Shown: in pieces, positions 48,039 to 64,000 of the stretch
Layout: each line of letters begins with the position of its first letter
Position numbering within the stretch: position 1 is the stretch's first letter
From: Phoronis australis
Taxonomy: Eukaryota; Animalia; Phoronida
NCBI GenBank assembly: GCA_002633005.1
Contig: NMRA01000533.1
Location: forward strand, 234,494-298,493
Length of the DNA stretch: 64,000 bases
Reading direction: 5' to 3'
Notes under the pieces: generated by a model
Databases searched by the model: none
What the model was told of the DNA's origin: nothing
What the model saw: the letters and a program-made list of their open reading frames with translations, nothing else
Position numbers and translations under genes: made by a program

Positions 48039-48395
48039 TTGCTTTGAAGTCTTCCTAAGTGTGCTATCAAGTCCAAGGCGTGGACAATGAATATGCACCT
48101 GGAATAACATGGAATTTTAAAAGACATGCAAATTCTCCCTTTCCTCTGAATGTCCGTTATGTTCTGAACAAGGTGATAGGTATGTGTTTTCACCCTGTCT
48201 GATTTTAGACTTAGATTTTTTATAGGATGTTTCGGTGCTGGGTTATTTCAGTGAAGCCTGCTTGAGAACATCTCTGGCGTTCTCAATAACGGCACTCTAA
48301 TAGTCGATAATTATAGAGTGTGTGAGAGGAGAGGAGGCCAGTTGAAACATATAAGGAAACTAACAGTAATTCATTTTCTGCCATATAGTGGATAT

Positions 48396-48671
48396 GGTGC
48401 ACTTGAGTGACTTCACCAGTTCCGCCAGGTCACGCGGTTAATACATTTGATATTCTTCTGCGAGCCGGAAGTCGACACCGAGCATCGAACACGTGAGCGG
48501 CAACGCTCCGTAGACCTCGTTTCTTGCGAGAAAAGTAAGGACTTGCAAGACTTCGCAAGATGTCGCCGTGTATTGCAAACGAAGGACGCGAGATTCCTGC
48601 GTCTACGAAACTACTCACGTGCATGTCTCAGGCGACTGACCTGGAACCGGCGGTGTCTACCAAGTGTAGCC
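48396..48671. mobile_element. MITE, family A copy 2
   Basis: GGTGCACTTGAGTGACTTCACCAGTTCCGCCAGGTCA ... TGACCTGGAACCGGCGGTGTCTACCAAGTGTAGCC. Confidence 0.6.
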
Positions 48672-49675
48672 TGTGTGTACCCTTCAGCGGCTCTCTGTTA
48701 GCTTGTAGTAGGTGTCGGTAGAATGTACAACTGAAAGATCATGAGTAGGTTAGTTCTGTTCTTTGCAATCTGTAGAAGGCAAAATAACTATTTAGTGAAC
48801 AGTTTTGCTAAACATTCTTGTCACATGGAAAAGTCTGCAAAACTGATGACAGTGGCTTGATTTCAAAATTGCATTTCATAGCATCCTTAGTTATTTCCGT
48901 TTGCGCTTACAGTCAGACTCATTTAAGACAATACTTACTGAAAATGAGATCAAGAGGATGTCGCGTTGTATCTCGTGAGATAATTTGTTCGCGTTTATGT
49001 TGTGAAAAGTGTAAACAGGAATTTATATATTGTTTGATCCATGAACAGCACGTGCAGTGCAACTGGTGAAACCAAACGCTGTTTACCTAAAGCTGAGACG
49101 CTGTGCCATTTAACTTCTTGTGCAACAGTACACGTTTGTCACTCTTGCGCGCGCCACATCGATATCTGCTGCTTTTCAAAGTATATTTTTCAGTCACAAT
49201 AGTTGGTAAACCGAGTATTGGCTCAAGTCTCAAATACTCCAGGTTGGTTACTTCGTTATCAACAGATATTACGAGGTAAAGTTTGTGCAGTTTCAAGATA
49301 ATTGTAAAGCATGTGGACATGCAGAAAGAAAAATTATCTCCTTCACTAGCTGTTTAGAACAACAGACTCAAATTTACAAGAAATCAGTAGACTTCTTCAG
49401 ATCCTTTCACATCTCGGGTCTGCCTCGTATTTTTTCTCTCGCGCACACAATTCCTTGTTCACGGACGGACAAACTCTGCTCGGGGATGCAACTTCCCCGC
49501 TCACGAACAAACAAGTTGATCGAGCTGTCGGACGATTTTCGTTGCTGTTTCACTTTGTATAAATCATTTGAATATTGTAAAATGTGATGTAGGCTCACGA
49601 GCATCATCACGAGCGTATGCGATTCTAACTTCCGGTATAAGTGTACCCTAGACACACCGTTGGTGTCACTAACCA

Positions 49676-50121
49676 AGGGCGGATCCAGGATTTTAAGTTA
49701 GGGAGGGGGCAGGTTAGCCAATCAGCTAGCTGTATGAAGACTGTCGTCAAAATACAGCTAGGTACCACTGTGTGTATTTCTTCCATAGACCCCGAAATTA
49801 CACACAGCCAGGGTAGTTCTACTCGTCACCTCGCCGTGAAACCTGTATCAACATGTAGAGCTTAAGACCGGACGGGGCGCATGCAAAATATGGGAATCAA
49901 ACGAAACTCACCTTGCCCGATACAGCCGTTTAAGGGGAAATCAATCTAATAAACGTCATGTATATTTAGTATACAGCATTGTGCCAAGACCGTCTAGGGC
50001 CAGGGCAGATTATTATCCAGGATTTTGCCCCTCAGGCATTCGCACCCCCGAACTACCAAATGGAATCTGGGATATTTTAAGGGGGGCCTGGCCCCTTGGC
50101 CCCCCTCTAAATCCGCCACTG
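49676..50121. mobile_element. hAT-type MITE
   Basis: GGGCGGATCCAGGATTTT..GGGAGGGGGC at the left end and GGCCCCCCCTCTAAATCCGCCACTG at the right end. Confidence 0.5.
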
Positions 50122-50549
50122 CTATCATAAAATATGGGTTATATATTTTTTCTTTGTAAATTTGATATCGTAGACGTTAGGTTGTGTACTTTCTGTGAAC
50201 AGGAGAAAACAGTAGAATGTGCTTTTTAAGAATACGGCTACAAAAATATGCGGGATTATTGTTGAGTGTGCCAGACTTCTTGAAGTAATTAGCTATGACT
50301 CAGCTCTTACTCTTGGTATGTTGTACCGACTGTGACCAGAGCTACAACTCAGTAAAATCTGTTGTGTTTTTGTGAACTTGTTGCAAATTGCCAATTCTCG
50401 TAGTTGCTTGCCATGCCGCTGACGTAACCAGCTAAATACGCTCAACTATACCCTCTGTTATATAGTTTCAACAGTGTTAGTTGCTAATTGATCTTGACCT
50501 CGGTTACGAGTCACGACTTGCAGTAGCCACCAAGCGCACACGATACGCT

Positions 50550-50910
50550 GGTTTGGTCATGCAGTCGGAAGCACGGCTACCGATAGGAGAACAGACCTTC
50601 GGATGGGAAGGACGAAACTAACGAGATGGGAAGGACAGACGAGAAATCTGAAGGACTGAGCTTTGCGTGGGAAGGACTGTGAGACGGGATTTTGTTGGAA
50701 AGGATGGGGTTGTAACAATGGCACCTTTGTTTAATTTATTAATACGCCGTCCAGACTCCCAATATTTGAAGGTCTGTTCTGACATATATCGTCGCACACG
50801 TATTGTAGGTCGGGAGACAATATGGGTAGAGTCAGTGTAATAGTTTATGTTACTGCAAGGTCTGTTCTTCCCATCTGAAGGTCCGTCCTTCCCATTTCAT
50901 GACCAAGCCT
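50550..50910. mobile_element. MITE with internal GGGAAGGAC repeats
   Basis: TIR GGTTTGGTCATG / CATGACCAAGCC, with mirrored AGAACAGACCTTC / GAAGGTCTGTTCT. Confidence 0.6.
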
Positions 50911-51069
50911 CATAAGACACCCAGACACCTCAACACTAAATACAAAGTTTGACTGTTTTTAGTAGGACGGGCATTGTTTAAACGTTACACAGTGGTGCTG
51001 GTGTGATGCCATGGACTTTCTTGTAATCTGGGCCCTGCACGTGTTGGTGATTTCATTCTTTCGTCATAA

Positions 51070-54000
51070 ATGTCCAGCTTACAAGATCCTAACCGATGTT
51101 TGAAGTACGAGGAAGTGGTGGCCTATTTAAGGCACAGTGGCCAAGGTCTGTGGCCAACGGACGACCACAATGAAGTGTTTCCAAGAATTGTACTTGGTAC
51201 TTGGTGAGAAGGAGTTTTGGTAGTGAGGGTTTCGTGATTTTTCTCACGTTCTGCTACAGACATGGGTTGTCGAAATGCAATGATCCGTCCCGATATTCAA
51301 GTTCCCAACTACGTAGTGGTGGGGTGGTGGCGTGGTGGTGGTGGTAGCAGCATAGGATTAGATTATTACATTTCTACCACCTTTGGCAATATGGGTGTTG
51401 AAATCTAGACACTTAAAGGCGTCATTTAGCATTTCTCAATCTTGGTTCTGGCGCTTGGTGGCAAACCCACTCTTTGTAAGTGGGGCGTGTCATTTCGACT
51501 CTCGCCCGGCATTTTAGTTTTAAAAGCAAGTGTTCAAGCACATCAATAGCACAAACTCTTTCAAGAAACGTGTACGTGTGTTTGTTATACTTTGCAAAGG
51601 GAACAAGGCTTCAAGTTGATGAACCTGAGTTTGAGTTATGCGGTTAAAATTCCGAATTTTTGTACGTCATCGAAACAAATCATGATCTTTTTCCGGGTGC
51701 AAAAACCCTCCTAAAGTCGCGGGTCTCTGCATTCTCTGACAATAATTGCGGATCAGAGTTTTTCGGATCCCTTAAGATTCGGAAACAATTCTCAATCAAA
51801 TGCTTATGACATCAGTTTGCTCCCCTGAGCGAGTGCCTATATTTGTTTATTCATCGCTTTTCGATAACAGCACCCGCTCAGTTGCTCCAGTAAGCGCGCG
51901 GTTCACAATTGCGTCATCATTATAAATGTGGGGGGAGAGGGATCGACCTCCATTGACTCAAATAATTAAAGAATGTTGACGAGGAAGCTTGTGTAATCAC
52001 GTGCTTCGCTTATAAGACATGGCGATATTTCGCGAAGTCTTGCGTGTTCTTCATTTGCGTTCTCGCCTCAATGGAACGTACGTCTGGGCTCGGGGTCTTA
52101 TCCTTTTACTCGAACTCGAAATTATTTTCGGCATTTACTATCTTGCTTTTATGCGAACTCACGACAAGTGTCTATTATTGTATATGCTCTGAAAATTTAC
52201 TGGCCCGGCTGTCAAGTTCCTGCTATAGCACCTTGTCTACGTTCTTCTCAATCTTTTCCTGTACACTAAATGCGCATGTGCGTGAGAGCCCTATTTGTTA
52301 TGCTATCAACTCTAGGTGAGAAGTTGTTGGTAACTGAGAAAAATGTATAAACCCCATGTAAGCTGTGGTTACGAAACAAAAGCCCCGAAAGTTCACTGGC
52401 TCGGCCGCAAATCCATGCACCGGTCCCGGGCCACCAGGCCAGCGTGTATTTCCAACGCTGCGGTCGAGTTTATAATAGATGTGTGTGTATAACATTATGA
52501 TCCTAGTTTGCACTTGATGGGCCTGGAATTGAGGAGTGAAAACTCTGACTAGAAACTCTATGCATAAACCATTATGTACTAGAACACAGACTAATAACCA
52601 CAAAAGTAGAACTGAAAATGCCAAAAATTAATTTCGAGTTCAATTTCGAGTAAGAAGGTTAGCCCCTTGCCCCGGTGTCAGTTACTCAACCATGATTTGT
52701 GTAGCATGGTGGCTATGTGCGTGCGACCATCAGACGAGTGCAGAGTTAGAGCTCCGTGAGAAAGTGCGATATTTACTTCGACGTGCTAGATGCAAAACTC
52801 GACCTATTAAATTTGTTTGTATTCGTTGCGTAATGGGAAATACAGGTCACGTGCCACTCTCCATAATGGATATTTATCAGCCACGTGATCGTAATTCCAT
52901 CTACTTTTTGTCAACGTTAATTTTCCAGTTTTAAGATAGGCGTGTCAATAGAAAATAATCAATTTTGTGAAAACTCGTGAAATCTTTCCTATGTGCTATT
53001 CCAAACAATTTAATGCAAATCGAAAATGGCAAAAAAAGGTTCGACTTTAACAAAATGGTAATTTTTATAAGAGTTCCCGAAAATGAGTCCCTTTGGTGAA
53101 CAGCACTATCAAAATGATGGGTTGTGCTTTGCTTACCTATAATACACCTCTTTCCCAGGAATTGGAAACTCGAAAACTCCGGTGGGGTATCGCTTATATC
53201 CATGTCATGTTCTGTAAAGAACCAATCTCCTCAATGGACGTAGCATGCGGAATTTGGGTAACTCACCTCGTGTCTTATGTTTCAGGACATACGCGCGGAA
53301 CATTGAACAACTCAGACGTGATGGAGTGACTCACGTTCTAAACGTATCACAGGGCAGTCATTCGTTTCCCCACCTGGAAGCTCGTCCGTCTTTTTACCAT
53401 AGAAGTCGAATTGAATACCTTGGTGTTACCGTCGTAGATGCCGACAACTTCGACATTTCACCCTTCTTCGAGGTTGCTAACCAGTACATTGAGTTTGCCC
53501 TTAGATCAGGAGGTGAGATCGGCGGTCAAGTGAGACCTTAATGCACAGGTGTGCTTCAAAAGTATTTTCAAAAGATTTTTTGTGCTCATAATTTGGGCGC
53601 CGTTTGGATCTGATCTGAACAAATGTCCGACAATTATGTTTGTATAACATTACATGGTATTTCCCTATCAAACGGACATTTATAAAAAATATGTGTTTTC
53701 TGCTTGCAGGTCTGAACAGAGGATGCATTTTATTTTCAAACATCAGTTTCTTAGTACCGAACTCGTGTAGTCACAAAAGAAAATCACTTTAGTAATTTTG
53801 GTTCATCCTCCATTGTGACCGTCTTTTCCAGTGTCTGAACGTTAGTTGGATTTTTCTTCTTGGTAGAATCTCGTTATCATGAACGACTACATTTGCTGAA
53901 AATCAACACACCCCTAAAACAACTTTTGGTATATTCTTCGCCTGCATCACATTTATTAAAGTACCATACTGCAAGACAATAATCAAATAAATAACAAACA

Positions 54001-54920
54001 CGCGCTTTTTACAGTTTTTTGTAAGCTTGATAACCCTAGCCCCTTAAAACTGCTAAACTTTTTTTAATGATTTCGATTAATTTTCTTGGTGGGTGGTTTT
54101 TCCACAGTTGTGCTGTCAATTCTCTCAAGGCGTAGGTCGCATTTAGCAGACGTAGTAAGGAGTTTTCAAATTTTGCTCCAAAATTTGTGGGTTTTCAGGG
54201 GTTACAGGGAATTGTTTTTGTTGCCGAGAACTTAATGAGAAAGTAGTTTTTAATATTTGTTAACAGGTCAATACCGGGTTTGTTTTCCTTTTAAGTACTA
54301 AATATTATATATGTTAATCCTACACTACTACAGATGGTGGTTGGGTGATTTGACATTATGAGGCGACTGCACTTGCTCTAGTCGTGAAAGACGGGAAATC
54401 ACTTTGTGCAAGATTTTCTTAAGTCTTTGGCCAAGTACGGTGGTTATTGTCTCAAGTTTTGTTCACCCAGTGGAACAGAGGTGTGGAACATCCTGTACCA
54501 GGTTTTCAAGGGCCAAAACCAGCAAGAACTGCCCATGTGGGGAGTGCTCTGAGTAAACTAGACGTAGTCACATATCATACATATTCCAGATTTTTCTTCG
54601 CTTCAGGTAAAGTCCTGGTCCACTGCATGCAAGGATACAGTCGTTCGCCAGCTATAGTCCTCGCCTACCTGGTTGCCGTCCGTGGAATACATCTGTTGCA
54701 GGCTATTGAGATAATTAGGCGTCGACGCCCAATTCTGCCCAACCCGGGCTTTGTCCGACGACTGGTCACCCTGCACAATCAATTGGCAATGAGCGGCTTT
54801 GTGACTCGAGTCGACGTAAGAACTTTGGGTTTGGACACTCTTCCGAGCTGTTACCGGAAACGGCATCCACGTCAGACAGGAGCGGCGTTTTCACGAAATA
54901 AGGAGGCATCGGTTAGTTAG
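51070..54920 (+). CDS. Atypical dual-specificity phosphatase, DUSP3/VHR-like, 224 aa (exons 51070-51203, 53286-53512, 54607-54920)
   Basis: NEVFPRIVLG, GVTHVLN, YLGVTVVDADNFDISPFF (general-acid Asp), KVLVHCMQGYSRS (HCx5R), AYL and ILPNPGF. GT/AG introns keep frame (phases 2 and 1). Confidence 0.92.
52084..52676. mobile_element. MITE in DUSP intron 1
   Basis: CTGGGCTCGGGG..CCTTTTACTCGAACTCGAAATTA ... TAATTTCGAGTTCAATTTCGAGTAAGAAGG..CCCCTTGCCCCGG. Confidence 0.55.
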
Positions 54921-55768
54921 GGATTGACAAACAGTGCTGCAAAAGTTACAATAGTGGTCAGGCGAAACTGACTTTTTCTAGAGCGAATAGGAATGGGAAT
55001 GATAACGAAAAATGAATTATTCATTTATCACGTAGATTGTACCCCCAGTCGTACCTTATTCTAAATTTTTACGACCCATTGCCTACGGTCGAAGAGTCAG
55101 AACACCGGTTTACGGTTGTTGGGTCCTTTAGTTTTTACAGTCGTACAGCGTCGCATTCGACATCACGAGCCTACGACAGCTACGACCTCTTGTGAAACAG
55201 GCTTCAACTGGCTTTTTTAACGATTGAATATTAATCCTGAAAATCAAAAGTTGAAATTTTATTAAACAATTCTTTAGTCCTCATCGGATGTACCGAAACA
55301 CGAAAAAAAATGTGTACACGGGGAATGTCGTATTTTCTAATATTGTAACTAGGCCTAATTTTATGAATTATAGTCCCACTACTGGGCCCATGGTAAACCG
55401 TGGTGCTTATGTCGCAAAATTGCCCAGTGAAGGTTTATATTTTTAGAATTTACTCTTATTTAAATAGACGCAAATTGTAAGTCAATGCAAAACACTGAGA
55501 CGGAAATTATAATCATCACTTTACATTCTTTGTCTATTTCACAATTTGAGAGGAGGGCGCTGCCGGCGTTACTTTCTGTCGGAAGGTTTAATGTCGCTTG
55601 AGACTTAAAGTTTGGTCGTGAAAAAGTTTTTATTTTCCGAATGAGTGTTATGATGACAAATATTGATAAGCTATTCTCGTATTGTAACCGCTTGAGTGGA
55701 CGCTCCCACCGAAACATGCCACAAACTGAAACACTTCGTTGCTTTTCATTTCCATGATAAAACTTCAG

Positions 55769-56043
55769 AGGTCAGTTTCGTGAAGCGACTTTGAAGGCTT
55801 AAAAGACTGGTGACAGAAATGTGCTCTTGCGCTCCCCACACTGCAGTCGCGACATGTGAAGTTCAGCCAAGTTATTATCGTGCATCACGGTCTAGAAATT
55901 CTCAGTAACTAGGTTATGTGTATATTTTTGTTCAGAGACTACAGTTTTTGCTCGTGAGGTTTGATTATTCATCAAAAATAGTTGCGTGGTGCGTAAAAGA
56001 CAACATTTCTGACTGTCCGAGTCACTTTTCATGAAAGAGACCT
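55769..56043. mobile_element. MITE
   Basis: AGGTCAGTTTCGTGAAGCGACT ... AGTCACTTTTCATGAAAGAGACCT imperfect TIR. Confidence 0.5.
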
Positions 56044-57499
56044 GTTTATACTCAGCGACAGCAAGGGTTCCGCATCGTCCAAACCCATGTCGACATTATC
56101 CAGATTAGGATCTCCGCCAACGCTAACATATTTGTCTTTCGTTTGTGCTCTTCTGTAAGACTACTTCCTTTGTAAGTGCTACATATAAGTGTAGAGACTA
56201 TCCCCACTGTGGGCTCTCCCACACTGTCTACCTACAAAAGCTGTATCTGCATACACCCGCTGCTTCTATGGAGGCAGGTTTGCATCGACTCCCAGTGCAC
56301 TAGGCACCGACCAGTTTGCGTTTTAGCACACACTCGATAGAGCAATCGAGACTTTTCCACCCACGTATTCCCGATATCACTGTTCCTGTTGCCATATCTG
56401 AGAACTGACGTCTCGAAACAAAAACTTCCACCGAAGGTAATTTAAAGTAGGAACATTTTCTTTCGCGGATCGCGATCCGGTTTTAAGCCAGACTTATCGG
56501 TACTGCTGCTTCGCTCACATTTCTAAAACGTCCCAGAATTAAGATTTGGCGTTATTCACTGGAATGGCCTGTGTCAAGATTTAAGCTCCTCGCGGTCTGT
56601 TGGGGATTGCTCATTAAGCCCTTTTCTCAGTTGAACGCATTTCACTTCTGATATTGGGTCGACTCTATGGTTAGAGGGCGCTTTGTTCGTGAACAAAACC
56701 AAAAAGGGGAATTTGTACAAATATTCCAGTGAGTTAAAGGATGGCATTGGGTTTCTACCAGGTGTGAGCTTTCCTTTCAGACCACAAAAGGGTGGGAGAG
56801 ATCCCCAGTACTAACCACGTAGTCAGGGTCACGAAAGGAATCCCATCTCAAGCATTAAAATTTGAGGTATGATGAAAAAATAAATTTTGTGAATGAATCT
56901 TTTATTATGAATAGCACCAATAGGAACTATCCGAGAGTAGCCAAATTGCGCTCGTGTTTGTGGCGCCCTCTTTCGTTTTGATGGCCATTGTTGTCTTTCA
57001 GTAAGGTGTTATTTGCACAATAAACAACTGTTTCCTTTGAGTAGCAGATAGTTAGATTTCTCCAACCTACTGGTGATGTATAAGGAAGAGAACTCTAGTA
57101 AGTTCATGACAGAAGGTTGATTTTAAAACCATCAACGTTGGGAACATGTTGACCAACGACAGCAAACTTTTAGGGACTTTCAGAAAATAAAAAATATGCA
57201 CATTACGATATTTTATTAAAACTTGAGTTTTCAACGTTAAGGTATACTTGATTCTTGACTAGCTTTAACATAAGGTATAGCTTGGTATGGTGCACAGTTC
57301 CATATTCTCAATTAAAACTTTCAATTTAAATAAGCCTTCATCTCGAAGTCAACATGCAGCCTACAGCCACTCATTCACCAGTAGTCAGAATTGTTCTTGA
57401 AAGTTTCTGCAACTTCTTCAAGACAACTCACTGCTGCCAACAATTAACAACTGTAAAATAAACAAGACTTGTTCTTTATCCCAGCGCCGCCACCAACAT

Positions 57500-62826
<5,327 letters not shown>

Positions 62827-63362
62827 TTATTGATGATAGTCTGACATAACATGCTCGTTATTAGAACCAGTTTTCTCCACTGATTAACGAGCATCAAACT
62901 GGTTTTTCACAATGCGGGCACGTCATGTCAGACTTCTGTCCCATTGTTTATACAGGACGCTGGACCGACCAGGAATATTTGAAAATACACACAAGGTGCA
63001 GCTTTGGAAATCGGCATACTTTTACCTTTCTAGAACCCCAAACACAAGCACAGGGAGAGGGTGTCAACAAAAGGATACGGTGCCAGGGACATGGAACGAG
63101 GACAAGACAAGAACACACAAGAGTTGCAGTAGCACATCTGCACATCTGATCGTGAATCTCGTAAAGTTTTTACTCTGGGCCCCCAAACTCGCAGGCACTG
63201 TTCATGTTGGGAAACCCTTCAAACAGGGGAAAATTTTTCTTGTCGCTCCAAAAGTAGACTCATGGCACTATTTCAATGAAAACTTGTTCAAATAAATGCC
63301 AGGGGTGTACTTTTGAAAAGAATGTTTGCAGTATCAGTTGCTAAGCAACTTGAATTACAGGT

Positions 63363-64000
63363 CTTCCGGTTCCGGTCTCGGCCTATGACGGCGCTCTAAT
63401 TGGTCTTCCTGGGAATTTTGTCAATATTTTTGAAAACTATGCCGGGTAAGAATCAACGAAAAGCACTTCGTTCTCAAAGCGCAATACAAGAAGAAACGAA
63501 TGCGGACGAAAGCGCTTCAACAAGTAAAACCTCTGGAAATGTTGCTATCGCCAGTGACTGTGAGGCCGACATGACAGTTTCCACGCCGGTAGAACTGAGC
63601 TCAGGCTCTGAGGGAACGGTAACTTTGTCCGAATTGAAGTTGCTAATTATTGAGTCAACTTCCCGTTTGGAAGCAGTGTTCTCCGATAGATTTTCTAAGG
63701 TTGAGGACAGAATGTTGGATTTAGAAACATCGCAAGAATTTATTTCTAACAGACTAGACGCAGTGGAAAATAAAATTCAAGAGGCAAACCTCCGTAGGCT
63801 TGACTATGTTGACATTCTGCAAAAGCGTTTAGCTTATGATGAATGGAGGTCTAGGAGATATAATCTCTTGTTCTACAGTATAAATGAACCCATTCGTGAC
63901 ACAACCAGTGAAAATGTTGAGCAAGTAGTCAAAGGCTTCATAGAAAAAAAACTTCTACTTCAGCACAGTTATGTGAACTCGCTCATGTTTTCTAACTGCC
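63363..64000 (+). mobile_element. 5' end and ORF1 of a LINE (ATG 63439, open to the window edge), inside a JMJD6 intron
   Basis: Highly similar to the reverse complement of 10090-10741. It starts CTTCCGGTTCCGGTCTCGGCC and encodes MPGKNQRKALRSQSAIQEE...SRRYNLLF. Confidence 0.9.

Overview
This is AT-rich eukaryotic (animal, probably marine invertebrate) draft-assembly DNA with spliceosomal introns, one N gap (39725-40116) and several single-N joins. 1-19 kb is a patchwork of decayed transposons: Academ-like DNA transposon relics, L1/Tx1-type LINE fragments and MITEs. The main feature is a 17-coding-exon minus-strand gene (48038->21112, about 1971 aa), assembled by hand from splice sites and frame. 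It encodes a signal peptide, a PAN/apple domain, five uromodulin/GP2/OIT3-type Cys-rich (D8C/D10C) domains, one TM helix, and a ~1100-aa cytoplasmic tail of helical repeats with two dynein-stalk microtubule-binding-domain (MTBD)-like modules. Its introns hold an initiator tRNA-Met gene, a Helentron-type non-autonomous element, a Penelope fragment, a THAP relic and MITEs. Further right are a divergently transcribed 3-exon DUSP3-like phosphatase (+, 51070-54920) and the 3' five exons of JMJD6 (-, 62725->57500), whose upstream intron carries a LINE ORF1 copy. All domain and family calls come from motif recognition by eye; no database search was run.
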